Under the pieces are notes generated by a model that was not told the origin of the DNA, searched no databases, and saw only the letters and a program-made list of their open reading frames with translations. From an uncultured Aliarcobacter sp. (lineage in GTDB: Bacteria > Campylobacterota > Campylobacteria > Campylobacterales > Arcobacteraceae), in NCBI GenBank assembly GCA_963664305.2, contig CAXXLV010000001.1, positions 352,001-416,000 on the forward strand: a stretch of 64,000 bases of DNA. Direction: 5' to 3'. This document shows positions 1-14,508 of the stretch, piece after piece. Position numbers and translations under genes: made by a program. Every line of letters starts with the position of its first letter. The first letter of the stretch is position 1.

Positions 1-483
1 TCAAGAAATGAAAAATCTTTAGATTTTGGGATTGTTGCACGAAATGAAGTTTTATCTGTTCTTTTAATTCCTGGAGTTGAAGCAAAAGATTATCAATCAA
101 AAACTTCAAATGCACTTGCTGATGTTTTAAATTTAAAAGGTGAAGTAATTATTGGAGATAAAGCTTTAAAATTTTATCACGAGAACCAAAATACTTTAAA
201 AATTGATTTAGCCAAAGAGTGGCAAAAAAAATATAATCTTCCTTTTGTATTTGCTGTTTTGTGTTATAACAAACATGAAAAAAGATTAAAAAAACTGACA
301 AAAAATTTCAATAAAAAATATATAAAAATACCTCAATATGTTTTAGAACAATATTCAAAAAGAAGTGGTGTATCAAAAGAAAATATTTTAAAATACTTAG
401 AAAAAATTGATTATGATTTGGGTTATAAAGAAAAACGAGCTTTAAAACTTTTTCTAAATTTAACTAAAGAAAAAAGGATATAA
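1..483 (+). CDS. mqnA: Chorismate dehydratase MqnA (futalosine menaquinone pathway), 5'-truncated by the window edge
   Basis: Frame 1 is open from base 1 (SRNEKSLDFGIVARNEVLSV...KTSNALA...VIIGDKAL...DLAKEWQKKYNLPFVFAV). The SxTS, IGDxAL and DLxxxW...LPFVFA motifs are typical of MqnA. The 74-aa ORF in the track is only the C-terminal part. Confidence 0.8.
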   Translation, partial: SRNEKSLDFGIVARNEVLSVLLIPGVEAKDYQSKTSNALADVLNLKGEVIIGDKALKFYHENQNTLKIDLAKEWQKKYNLPFVFAVLCYNKHEKRLKKLTKNFNKKYIKIPQYVLEQYSKRSGVSKENILKYLEKIDYDLGYKEKRALKLFLNLTKEKRI

Positions 484-1251
484 ATGACATTATTTGATTC
501 TCTGATTTTGGGAATAATAGAAGGTATAACAGAATTTTTACCAATATCTTCAACTGGACACTTGATTGTTGCAAGTGAATTTTTAGGTTTAGAACAAACA
601 AGTATAAACAAAGCTTTTGAAGTTATCATTCAATTTGCTGCAATATTAGCAGTTATTCTAAACTATCCATCAAAATTTACTTTTTCACATATAAATTTAT
701 GGACAAAAGTTTTAATCGCTTTTTTACCTATTGCGATAATTGGTTTTATTTTTTCAAAACAAGTAAAAGAATTATTCTCTATAGAAATCGTTGCATGGAT
801 GTTTATCATAGGAGGAATTGTTTTTTTAATTGTTGAAAAATTCTATGATGAAAAAGCAACTCACACTTTAGATGTTGAAAATATTACCTATAAACAAGCA
901 GCTTGGATTGGATTTGCACAAATATTTGCATTGATTCCAGGAACTTCTAGAGCTGGATCAAGTATTATTGGAGCTATGCTTGTTGGATTAAATAGAAAAA
1001 CAAGTGCTGAATTTTCTTTTTTACTTGCTTTTCCAGTTATGTGTGCAACAACAGCCTATGACTTATTAAAACATCATGATGAAATTTTAGTTGGAGGAAA
1101 TTTTTTAAATTTAGCAACTGGATTTGTTGTATCTTTTATTGTTGCATTTCTTGCAATAAAACTATTCCTAAAATTCCTTGAAAACTTTACGTTTATTGCG
1201 TTTGGAATTTACAGAATAATTTTTGGAATCTTACTTCTTATTATTTTCTAA
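484..1251 (+). CDS. uppP: Undecaprenyl-diphosphate phosphatase
   Basis: [18 protein letters not shown] and [11 protein letters not shown]acA/UppP motifs; multi-TM protein. Confidence 0.95.
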   Translation: MTLFDSLILGIIEGITEFLPISSTGHLIVASEFLGLEQTSINKAFEVIIQFAAILAVILNYPSKFTFSHINLWTKVLIAFLPIAIIGFIFSKQVKELFSIEIVAWMFIIGGIVFLIVEKFYDEKATHTLDVENITYKQAAWIGFAQIFALIPGTSRAGSSIIGAMLVGLNRKTSAEFSFLLAFPVMCATTAYDLLKHHDEILVGGNFLNLATGFVVSFIVAFLAIKLFLKFLENFTFIAFGIYRIIFGILLLIIF

Positions 1252-2262
1252 AATAATATTTACTATTAAAGCAATTGCATTTGGACTTATAGAACTTATA
1301 AGTTCAATGCTAATTTTATGAATATCTGATTTTAAAACTTCAAAAAAATACTCTTCACTTAACTCTTCTTCCCTCTGTAAAAAGCATAAACCTTTATCTT
1401 TTAAAACCTTTGCATTGTAATACTGATGATCACCTGCTGCATGTTTAAAAGGAATAAAAAAAGTTGGTAATGAATTTGCACATAATTCCCAAAGAGTTGA
1501 TGCCCCAGCCCTACTTACTGCAAAATCAGCTTTTGACATTTTAGAAGGTATATCTTTTGAAAAATCAAATACATCGGCATTTATATTTAACTTTTCATAT
1601 TCATTTTTTACTCTTTCAAAATCACTTTTTCCGGTTTGATGAATTATATTAATTCCCATTTCATTAAGTTTTGGAGCAACTTTTAAAGCAAAATCATTTA
1701 TACAAATAGCTCCTTGAGAACCACCAAAAAAAGCTATTGTTTTAATTTTTTCTCTAACTCTTGCACTATTAAAAAACTCATTAGAAACAGGATAATCTTT
1801 TACTAAAGAATTATCATCAAATGAAGAAAAAACTTCTGTTGCAAATTTTGAAGTTATTTCATTTAATTTTCCCATTTTTGAATTTTGTTCATGGATATAT
1901 AATTTACAATTCATTTTTAATATAGAAGCAAAAGTTGCAGCTGCTGCTGAAAATCCACCTACACTAACAACTGTTCTAATATTATATTTAGAATACAAAC
2001 TCAAACAATATAATGTTTTTGAAAAGATATTAAATAAAGAGATAAATTTACCAAAACCTTTTTTATTTACGACACCTTTAGTATCTAAAAAAATTGCCTT
2101 TTTTAATCTTCTATCATGTTCAAACCAAGCTTTATCTTGACCATTTGAAGAACCAATAAAAATTACACTAATTCCTCTATTATGAAACTCTTCAATAAAA
2201 GCATCTGCAACTTTTAAATGTCCGCCTGTTCCACCACCAGTTATAACAACTGTTTCCATCAT
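1231..2262 (-). CDS. murG: Lipid II N-acetylglucosaminyltransferase MurG
   Basis: GGGTGGH, HEQN, GGSQGA and SRAGAST motifs. Confidence 0.95.
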   Translation of the reverse strand: MMETVVITGGGTGGHLKVADAFIEEFHNRGISVIFIGSSNGQDKAWFEHDRRLKKAIFLDTKGVVNKKGFGKFISLFNIFSKTLYCLSLYSKYNIRTVVSVGGFSAAAATFASILKMNCKLYIHEQNSKMGKLNEITSKFATEVFSSFDDNSLVKDYPVSNEFFNSARVREKIKTIAFFGGSQGAICINDFALKVAPKLNEMGINIIHQTGKSDFERVKNEYEKLNINADVFDFSKDIPSKMSKADFAVSRAGASTLWELCANSLPTFFIPFKHAAGDHQYYNAKVLKDKGLCFLQREEELSEEYFFEVLKSDIHKISIELISSISPNAIALIVNIILENNKK

Positions 2263-3506
2263 TTAACTTTCACCTTTTTTTTAACTTCTTCATCTTTAAC
2301 AACTCTACTAATTGATAAAACTAATCCTATGGAAACTGCCATTGCAAGCATAGAAGAACCTCCATAAGACAGAAATGGCACAGCAATACCTTTAATTGGA
2401 ATCATTCCTGAAATTCCATATGAATTTATTAAAAATGCAATAATAATCATTAATGCAATTCCTAAAGTAAATAAGTGATAAATTGGATTTTCAACTCTTC
2501 TACTTATTCTAAAAATTCTCCAAATAATTATAAATAAAATTGACGTTATTCCCATTAGACCAAATAAACCAACTTCTTCAGTAATTCCTGCAAGAACAAA
2601 GTCAGTATGAACTTCAGATAAAAAACCAACTTTAATATCTCCAAGAGCAATTCCTTGTCCAAAAAAACCACCATTATGAATTGCATTTAAAGAGTGAGAA
2701 ACCTGATATGGTTCAGGTAATTCATCAATTCTAAGATATGGTTCTGCCCATGCTGGTAAAACAGATAAAATTCCATCTTGTACCATAGCCCACCAAGAGT
2801 GAATTCTTTTTATCCTATGAGGGGCAGCAATAATTAATCCAACTAACCCAACTAAAGCAATTGCACCTAAAGCTAAGAATATTTTAAATGATCTATTTGC
2901 AAATATTAATAATGCAACTAAAATTAATCCCAATAATACTACTTGACCTAAATCCTTTTGTAAAAAAGCAATTACAAAAACAACAACAAAAAAAGTCAAA
3001 AAGTATGGTGCAAGAAGTAGAACTTCATCTTTTAAGCCAATTTTCTTAGGTTGAAATATAACCTTTCTATGAAATGACCATGATAAAAAATAGATAAATC
3101 CTATTTTAAAAAACTCAACCGGTGATAGAGAAAAACCAGGAAGCCTAATCCATCTATTTGCTCCTCCAGAAGCAGTTACTAATGAACCTGGTAAAAATGG
3201 CATAGCAATCATCAAAAGGAAAAATACTATAAACAAATTCATACCAACTTTTTCTACTATCTTATCTGGATCTATCATCGAAAAAGTCCACATGATTAAT
3301 ATAGAAATAATTCCAACTAATCCTTGTCTTATGAAAAAATGAAATTCATCATAACCAAAAAATTCTACTGTATAAATAGTTAAGGAATAGGAAAAAACTA
3401 TACTTATTATTATCAATAATGACACCAATATAAACAATGTATAATCGGCTTCACTATTATTTAAATTATTACTAATTGATTTAATCTTACTTTTGTTAAA
3501 ATTCAT
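2259..3506 (-). CDS. ftsW: SEDS-family peptidoglycan polymerase FtsW
   Basis: GANRWI, SPVEFFK, EVHTDF and PFLSYGGSS motifs; adjacent to murG. Confidence 0.9.
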   Translation of the reverse strand: MNFNKSKIKSISNNLNNSEADYTLFILVSLLIIISIVFSYSLTIYTVEFFGYDEFHFFIRQGLVGIISILIMWTFSMIDPDKIVEKVGMNLFIVFFLLMIAMPFLPGSLVTASGGANRWIRLPGFSLSPVEFFKIGFIYFLSWSFHRKVIFQPKKIGLKDEVLLLAPYFLTFFVVVFVIAFLQKDLGQVVLLGLILVALLIFANRSFKIFLALGAIALVGLVGLIIAAPHRIKRIHSWWAMVQDGILSVLPAWAEPYLRIDELPEPYQVSHSLNAIHNGGFFGQGIALGDIKVGFLSEVHTDFVLAGITEEVGLFGLMGITSILFIIIWRIFRISRRVENPIYHLFTLGIALMIIIAFLINSYGISGMIPIKGIAVPFLSYGGSSMLAMAVSIGLVLSISRVVKDEEVKKKVKVK

Positions 3507-3534
3507 TTCTCATTATATAATAATATGGATAAAT

Positions 3535-5388
3535 ATGTCTTCAAATAAAATTGAAAAAGTCGATAAAACAAAAAAAATAGTTATACTATTTTTACTAATA
3601 TTCTTATTTCTTTGCATTCTAATGATTTCAGTGTTTAGAACTATCTCTGAGAAGAGACATCTTCCTTCATTACAAGGTGAAAAAAATGAACTTGCAGTTA
3701 GAGGAGATATAGTTAGTGAAGATAATTTTAAAATTGCATCTTCAAAAAAATTATATAAAGCTGCAATTGATACAAGACATCTAGACCCAAATAAAAAAGA
3801 GTTATTTCTTAATCTTTTTTCTATCTATAGTAATACAGATTATCAAATTTTAAAAGATAGATTAATTGAAGGAGAAAAAAATCCTGGTAACTTAGTTTTA
3901 TCTTATGGAATTGACTCAAGATCAGCAAAAAACTTAAAAGAGTTAGCATTTAAATTAGTTCAACTTGATGTTTTTACAAGTAGAATGGTAAATGGAACAA
4001 AAATTTTAAGAGGATTAACAATTAGTGAGAGTGGCGAAAAAAGAACTTTCTCTTATAATGACACATTAACTCCTGTAGTTGGTTATATTTCAAAATATGA
4101 ATCAGAACTAGGAAAAACAAAAGTAAATGGAATAAAAGGTTTAGAAAGACATTACAACAAAGTTCTGAATCAAACTAAAGATGGAGTTTTACAAGGAGAT
4201 AGAGACGTTTTATCATATATTTCATTTGATAAAAATTCAATCATAAGAAAAAGAGTTGATGGTGCAACTTTAAATTTAAATATTCCATTAAAACTTCAAA
4301 AAAACAATGAAACAACTCTTGATGTATATAAAGAAAAACTAGGTGCAGATGAAATTATTGTATCTATTATGGAGAGTAGAACAGGTAAAATCCTAACAAT
4401 GGCTTCTTCAAATAGATTTAATCCAGAAAAAATTAGAAAAGAAGATATTGGTTCGTTAAATGTTAATGCTGTTGAATATCAATTTGAACCAGGTTCTGTT
4501 ATAAAACCTCTTTCAATTTCAATTGCAATGGATAAAGGTTTAATCAAAAAAAATGAAAACTTTCCTGCATATAACACAGGTGGAGGAAAAGGTGTTTATA
4601 AAATTGGAAGATTTAATATCAAAGATGACCATGCCTTTTCAAAACACTATTTATCACTTGATGATATAGTTATGTTTTCTTCAAATATTGGAACTCTACA
4701 AATTGCTCAAAGATTAACTGGTCCTGAATTTTTTGAAGGTATGAAAAGATTTGGTTTTACAAGAAAAACAGGTATTGACTTACCTTATGAGAAAAAAGGT
4801 GTAATGCCTAAAGTTTGGCAATTTTCTGCAGGAGATAAAGAAAAAAGAGACAACGTATTTAAAGCAACAGTATCTTTTGGTCAAGGTATGACAGCAACTT
4901 TTATTCAGTTATTAAAAGCTTACTCTATTTTTAATAATGATGGACAAATGATTACACCAAGAATTGTTGATTATTTAACACATGATGGAAATAAATATAA
5001 ACCATATGAAGATAAACCAGAAAAAATTGTTTCTAAAGAAACAGCAGATGCAATGAAAAAAATGTTAATTAAAACAGTAACGGATGGAACAGGAAGATCT
5101 GCAAAAATTGATGGTTTAGAAATAGGTGGAAAAACTGGTACTGCTCAAATTGCAAGAGGTGGAAAATATCTTAAAAAATATATTTCTTCATTTTTTGGAT
5201 TTGTAAATGATGATAAAGGAAATTCATATACAATAGGGGTAACAGTTATAAATCCAATTTCTACTGGTACGCATTGGTATTACTACTATGCATCTTGGTC
5301 AGCTGTACCTGTGTTTAAAGAAATCGTTCAAAACTTAGTCAAATTAAACTATTTAACACCTAAAGAAGGTATAATTCCAGAAAAATAA
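3535..5388 (+). CDS. ftsI: Class B penicillin-binding protein (FtsI/PbpC); probable start at ATG 3535 rather than 3493
   Basis: N-terminal TM anchor, RGDI motif, catalytic SxxK (EPGSVIK), SxN (SSN) and KTGT. Confidence 0.85.
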   Translation: MSSNKIEKVDKTKKIVILFLLIFLFLCILMISVFRTISEKRHLPSLQGEKNELAVRGDIVSEDNFKIASSKKLYKAAIDTRHLDPNKKELFLNLFSIYSNTDYQILKDRLIEGEKNPGNLVLSYGIDSRSAKNLKELAFKLVQLDVFTSRMVNGTKILRGLTISESGEKRTFSYNDTLTPVVGYISKYESELGKTKVNGIKGLERHYNKVLNQTKDGVLQGDRDVLSYISFDKNSIIRKRVDGATLNLNIPLKLQKNNETTLDVYKEKLGADEIIVSIMESRTGKILTMASSNRFNPEKIRKEDIGSLNVNAVEYQFEPGSVIKPLSISIAMDKGLIKKNENFPAYNTGGGKGVYKIGRFNIKDDHAFSKHYLSLDDIVMFSSNIGTLQIAQRLTGPEFFEGMKRFGFTRKTGIDLPYEKKGVMPKVWQFSAGDKEKRDNVFKATVSFGQGMTATFIQLLKAYSIFNNDGQMITPRIVDYLTHDGNKYKPYEDKPEKIVSKETADAMKKMLIKTVTDGTGRSAKIDGLEIGGKTGTAQIARGGKYLKKYISSFFGFVNDDKGNSYTIGVTVINPISTGTHWYYYYASWSAVPVFKEIVQNLVKLNYLTPKEGIIPEK

Positions 5389-5399
5389 TAAGGATTAAT

Positions 5400-5909
5400 A
5401 TGTTTGGATTCAAAAAAGAATTAAAAGAATACAATTATTCAAAAGAAGAATTATCAAAATTTAACTATGCAAAAATCACTACAGAAAAAGGTCTAATTTG
5501 GATAAAACTTTTCAATGAAGCAACACCTATTGCTGTTTCAAATTTTTCAACTTTAGCAAATGATGGTTTTTATAATGGATTAAATTTTCATAGAGTAATT
5601 CCAGGATTTATGGCTCAAGGTGGTTGTCCTGAAGGTTCTGGAATGGGTGGACCAGGTTGGTCAATTAAATGTGAAATTGATGCACCTAAACAAATACATA
5701 ATAGAGGTTCATTATCTATGGCTCACGCAGGTAGAAATACTGGTGGAAGTCAATTTTTTATATGTTTTGTTCCTTGTCCACATTTAAATAATCATCATAC
5801 TGTATTTGGTGGAATAGAAGAAAATGATACAGATAGCTTTGCAGCACTTGATGCAATTAAACAAAATGATAAAATCGTTTCAATTGAGATTCTTGAAAAA
5901 AGAGATTAA
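5400..5909 (+). CDS. ppiB: Cyclophilin-type peptidyl-prolyl cis-trans isomerase
   Basis: FYNGLNFHRVIPGFMAQGG, SMAHAGRNTGGSQFFI and HTVFG motifs. Confidence 0.9.
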   Translation: MFGFKKELKEYNYSKEELSKFNYAKITTEKGLIWIKLFNEATPIAVSNFSTLANDGFYNGLNFHRVIPGFMAQGGCPEGSGMGGPGWSIKCEIDAPKQIHNRGSLSMAHAGRNTGGSQFFICFVPCPHLNNHHTVFGGIEENDTDSFAALDAIKQNDKIVSIEILEKRD

Positions 5910-5936
5910 TAACTCATTCTTTAGAACAAAAAAATT

Positions 5937-5973
5937 AAAAGGGGAGAGACAAAGATGTTTCTTCCCTTTTTTT
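5937..5973 (+). terminator. Intrinsic terminator after the cyclophilin gene
   Basis: AAAAGGGGAGAGACA-aaga-TGTTTCTTCCCTTTTTTT: imperfect hairpin followed by a T tract. Confidence 0.7.
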
Positions 5974-6203
5974 GTGTAAAAAAGGACAAATATATTCTAA
6001 ATAAATCAAGCCGTAAACAAAGAGAAAGCTAAGAAGTATATTTTGAAGTAAGAATACAAATAATTAAAAAAGAGCCCTTGTAAGCCAATTATTGATTAAT
6101 AAAAGATACTTGTGTTATATGTTAACTGTAATAAACAAAAACAAAAGAACTGAATAAACAAAACATAGATAAAGTAGATAAAAAGTGAGGCAGAAAGCGG
6201 GGC

Positions 6204-6259
6204 AAAAAAAAAGCTTCTGCTAAAAAGAACTTAAAGAAGTTCAAATTAGCAAAAGCTTT
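6204..6259 (-). terminator. rRNA operon terminator
   Basis: Long hairpin AAAGCTTCTGCTA..GAACTT aaag AAGTTC..TAGCAAAAGCTTT just past 5S, with an A9 run (U tract on the minus strand). Confidence 0.7.
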
Positions 6260-6274
6260 GAAAAAAACTCAAGA

Positions 6275-6390
6275 GCTGGCAGCGGCCTACGTTTCCACCA
6301 GGGGACCCGGCAGTATTATCGGCGATGAAGTGCTTGACTTCCAGGTTCGGAATGGGACTGGGTATTTCCACTTCTCTATAGCCACCAGCA
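6275..6390 (-). rRNA. rrf: 5S rRNA
   Basis: Reverse complement reads TGCTGGTGGCTATAGAGAAGTGGAAATACCCAGTCCCATTCCGAACCTGGAAGTCAAGC...GTAGGCCGCTGCCAGC, canonical 5S. Confidence 0.95.
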
Positions 6391-6537
6391 AAGTTGAGTA
6401 AAGAAGATATTATAAAAAATATACTCTTCACTCAACTCGTTTAGGAGTTAAGAAAAAATAATGTTAAAGTCTTTTCACAATATATACTAAATATAAGAAA
6501 TATATTTAATAAGATAGTAAACCAAAGAATTGTTTAA

Positions 6538-9445
<2,908 letters not shown>

Positions 9446-9745
9446 TTAATAAATAGAGTTAAACTCTATCGCTTTTTGATAATATTCTTTGGCTACTATC
9501 TTATTAAACATATTATTTAAAATATATCCAATAAAATAATGTTGTGTTCTATCTAATTTCTTAGATATGAAATTTTTTTTGTTTTAAATTATTTAACATT
9601 TCTGTTATCTAATTCTTACGAAAAAATTAAAGACTTTAACATTATATTTTTAAATATCGTTTTGATTTTGAAAATCAAATATAAATTCAATCTCTTATTG
9701 AACTTATATTTAACTTTTAAATCAGATGAACTTATTAGTTATAGG

Positions 9746-9821
9746 TGGTGGAGAATAGCGGGATCGAACCGCTGACCTCCTGCGTGCAAAGCAGGCGCTC
9801 TCCCAGCTGAGCTAATTCCCC
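9746..9821 (-). tRNA. tRNA-Ala(TGC)
   Basis: GGGGAATTAGCTCAGCTGGGAGAGCGCCTGCTTTGCACGCAGGAGGTCAGCGGTTCGATCCCGCTATTCTCCACCA, 76 nt with encoded CCA. Confidence 0.97.
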
Positions 9822-9852
9822 AACCTAAATTAATCTTTACTAGATTATTTAA

Positions 9853-9929
9853 TGGTGGGCCTATCAGGACTTGAACCTGAGACCTCACGATTATCAGTCG
9901 AGCGCTCTAGCCAGCTGAGCTATAGGCCC
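9853..9929 (-). tRNA. tRNA-Ile(GAT)
   Basis: GGGCCTATAGCTCAGCTGGCTAGAGCGCTCGACTGATAATCGTGAGGTCTCAGGTTCAAGTCCTGATAGGCCCACCA, 77 nt. Confidence 0.97.
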
Positions 9930-10010
9930 CTTTACTACCTATTTAAATAATCTTTATAAACCGAATATAAAATCTCTGGAAGTAAGAAACGAATCTTACT
10001 TCTCTCTCTG

Positions 10011-11527
<1,517 letters not shown>

Positions 11528-11814
11528 ATTATAGAGTTTTTGAAACTGACAAATTTTATAACTCTTCAATTACAAAATTATCACTCAAATTTTATAGACA
11601 AGATTTGTTTTACCAAATTTCTTGTTTTTATATTTTTTAACATTTATTCTTATTTTAAATCTAAATAAACATAGATTTTTTATAAGAGTTCTATATTCGG
11701 TTTATAAAGATTACTTTACAAACTTTCATTCATTTTTAAAGATCATTCCAGACTCGATTGAATCGTTTCTCTTCAAGCTTTTCGTTTGAAGCGTTCCAGT
11801 CAAATTGGACGGGA

Positions 11815-11843
11815 ATTATAATAGATTTTTATCTACTTGTCAA
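11815..11843 (-). promoter_or_regulatory. Consensus sigma70 promoter of the rRNA operon
   Basis: Minus strand TTGACA-17 nt-TATAAT followed by a GC-rich discriminator (TCCCGTCC), with an AT-rich UP-like region upstream. Confidence 0.85.
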
Positions 11844-11951
11844 GAGCTTTTTGTATGATTTTTTATTTTTTTTTATTTTTTTAATAATTTACAATATTAA
11901 CTTAGTGTATTTAATAAAATTCTTTTAAATATCTCTTTTTTTATTATCTTT

Positions 11952-12566
11952 TTACTCTATAAATCCAGTTTTTGGATAGATTTTTATCTCTTTTTCTTCT
12001 CCATTTTCAGATTTAATACTTATTTTGCACTCTTTTTCAATTTCATATTCATAAAATTCATTTTCAAAACTTGATAATTTTGAATATATTCGTCCGTCAC
12101 TTCCAAAAGATAGTTGTCCTAAAGATGTTGTACTATTACAATCAATATTTACATCTTTGATATTAAACTTTTTAGTTAATAAAACATATTCACTATTTTT
12201 ATCATTCTCTTGACAATAATTTGAACTATATATATTTTTATTTGTTAATGGATCTTTTAATGTATCTTCAACACTTGGATGTCCAGTTTTGTTTTTATCA
12301 CTATAAATTACAAAATATATACCATCATCTGTATTTCTACATCTAAAAAATTTTATTGTCCATCTTTTTTTATGCCACAGATTATCATCTTCATCAAATT
12401 TATCATCTATCATTGCTTTAAATCTTACATAAGATAGATATAGGGAAATTTTGTTTGTAATCTCTTCAAGTTTATTTGGATTAGTTTTTGGAATAAAAAT
12501 AGTATATAAAAATCCTATTAGAGTTATTACTATAATAATTTCTAAAAGGGAAAATGATTTTTTCAT
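11952..12566 (-). CDS. Prepilin-type N-terminal cleavage/methylation domain protein (pseudopilin-like)
   Basis: MKKS/FSLLEIIIVITLIG class III signal with F+1 and E+5. Confidence 0.75.
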   Translation of the reverse strand: MKKSFSLLEIIIVITLIGFLYTIFIPKTNPNKLEEITNKISLYLSYVRFKAMIDDKFDEDDNLWHKKRWTIKFFRCRNTDDGIYFVIYSDKNKTGHPSVEDTLKDPLTNKNIYSSNYCQENDKNSEYVLLTKKFNIKDVNIDCNSTTSLGQLSFGSDGRIYSKLSSFENEFYEYEIEKECKISIKSENGEEKEIKIYPKTGFIE

Positions 12567-13762
12567 TTTAATTTTTTAATATAAACTACGAAAAGTTCTC
12601 TTTCATAATATTTTATACTTATTTTTTCATCATAATTATAAAACTTCTTCATCGATATATAATAATCTTGACCTTGATCTATTCCATAAAATTTTAATCT
12701 TAATAATAAATCATCGTCACCAATTAAATTATCAATATTTCTTTTTTTCAATTCTGCTGAGAGTTCTTTTATAAAATGATATTGATAAACGAAATGTTTT
12801 GTTTGATTTGGTAGTAACATATATAAAGGTTTATTAATAAATGTTAATATTACATTTATTGACAACATCCCAATAATCAAAATTGCTAATATATTATATA
12901 TTTTTCTAAACTCTTTTAATCTTACTCTGTAAGAGTGTAAAAAAGTTTTTAACATCAAAGGAATAGATATTACTACAAATGGTGCAAAATCTTCAATATA
13001 AACTCTTTGTCTAAAAGATATAATTACAGATAACAATAAAGCAGTTACTGAAATATACCAAGCTAAACTTTTTTCTTTTTGTATTCCTGCTCTATACATT
13101 GTGTAAATAAAATATAAAAAAAGAATAGGTGAAAATATTGTTGCATAAATTGCAACTGTATCAACTAAAAATCCTTTTGGTTTTCCATCAGTTGAAAAAC
13201 CATATATATACATAGAAAGAACAAATAATATTAAAGAAAAATATAAAAGCTTTTTATCCTTTTCTTTTAATGAATAAAAGAATAGAGCTAAATATAAAAT
13301 TGCAAATGAATTATCAATAATAAAAAATATAATTAATAATATATAAGAATGTCTATTTTGTTTTTTATAATAATATACATATAAAAGGGTACAAAAAGTT
13401 ACTATTATTGCACTATTAACTAATAATGATGCACTAATAACTCCTGGTAACATCATAAAAATCAATATACCAAGAAATCTATCTTTTTCATATTTAAAAT
13501 AATTATCTGTAATTTGATACATCAAAACTACACTTAGAAAATAAAAAAGTATAAATGGTAATCGTAAAGCTATATCATTTTGCCCAAAAAAATAGATGGA
13601 TGTATTTGTAATAATTGTTAGAATTGAATTATTTACAAATACATTAAGAGCTTCTTTATATGAAATACTAAGTGATAAATCTGCTTTTAAAATTAGAACA
13701 CATACTAATATAAATAATATAGTGTAAAAATAGTAGCTATATTTACCTGTAGTAGTCATCAT
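12563..13762 (-). CDS. Integral membrane GT-C fold glycosyltransferase (ArnT/PMT family-like)
   Basis: Multi-TM protein with FGQNDIALRLPFI motif resembling PMT_2/GT39 proteins. Confidence 0.55.
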   Translation of the reverse strand: MMTTTGKYSYYFYTILFILVCVLILKADLSLSISYKEALNVFVNNSILTIITNTSIYFFGQNDIALRLPFILFYFLSVVLMYQITDNYFKYEKDRFLGILIFMMLPGVISASLLVNSAIIVTFCTLLYVYYYKKQNRHSYILLIIFFIIDNSFAILYLALFFYSLKEKDKKLLYFSLILFVLSMYIYGFSTDGKPKGFLVDTVAIYATIFSPILFLYFIYTMYRAGIQKEKSLAWYISVTALLLSVIISFRQRVYIEDFAPFVVISIPLMLKTFLHSYRVRLKEFRKIYNILAILIIGMLSINVILTFINKPLYMLLPNQTKHFVYQYHFIKELSAELKKRNIDNLIGDDDLLLRLKFYGIDQGQDYYISMKKFYNYDEKISIKYYERELFVVYIKKLK

Positions 13763-13765
13763 ATT

Positions 13766-14335
13766 TTATAATTTTAAGAAATTGTCAATTATTTTATATC
13801 CATGTTCACTCATAATTGATTCAGGGTGAAATTGAACACCATAAATTTGTTTATCTTTTATTTCTAAAGACATAATTTCATTATCATCTTCACTATGAGA
13901 AGTTACGATTATATCTTTTGGAAGATTTTCTTTTGAAACAATTAAAGAGTGGTATCTTGTTTGAGTAAACTCTTTTGGAAGTCCTTCAAAAATTTTTGTA
14001 TCTTTATCAACTTTTATTAATGAAGTTTTCCCATGCATCATGTTTTTTGCTCTTACAACATCTGCTCCAAAAACTTGTCCTATTGCTTGATGTCCTAAAC
14101 AAATACCAAAAATTGGTTTTTTACCTGCAAAATATTTAATTACTTCTAAACAAACTCCAGCATCATCAGGAGTTGCTGGACCTGGAGAAATTATAATTTT
14201 TTCAGGATTTAAAGCTTCAATTTCTTCGATGCTCAATTCATCATTTCTAATAATTTTTAAATCTGCACCTAATTCTAGACAATATTGAACTATATTGTAA
14301 GTAAATGAATCATAATTATCAATCATTAAAATCAT
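13766..14335 (-). CDS. pabA: Aminodeoxychorismate/anthranilate synthase component II (class I glutamine amidotransferase, PabA/TrpG)
   Basis: IDNYDSFTYN, ISPGP, GICLGHQ, RYHSL and QFHPES motifs. Confidence 0.85.
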   Translation of the reverse strand: MILMIDNYDSFTYNIVQYCLELGADLKIIRNDELSIEEIEALNPEKIIISPGPATPDDAGVCLEVIKYFAGKKPIFGICLGHQAIGQVFGADVVRAKNMMHGKTSLIKVDKDTKIFEGLPKEFTQTRYHSLIVSKENLPKDIIVTSHSEDDNEIMSLEIKDKQIYGVQFHPESIMSEHGYKIIDNFLKL

Positions 14336-14414
14336 TTTATATCTATTCCTAATTTCTAATTTGTTTTATTATATCCATAAAAGAATTTGTTTATCTTAAA
14401 ATATTGTATATTTA

Positions 14415-14433
14415 TTTTATGATAATCATTCTT
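14415..14433. promoter_or_regulatory. Putative Fur box
   Basis: TTTTATGATAATCATTCTT matches 14 of 19 positions of GATAATGATAATCATTATC and lies upstream of an Fe3+ ABC operon. Confidence 0.7.
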
Positions 14434-14508
14434 AATATAAGACAAATTAAAGTTATTAAAGACTATTATTTCAATAATAATTATTAATATAGAAAAGAGA
14501 GTTTAGTT

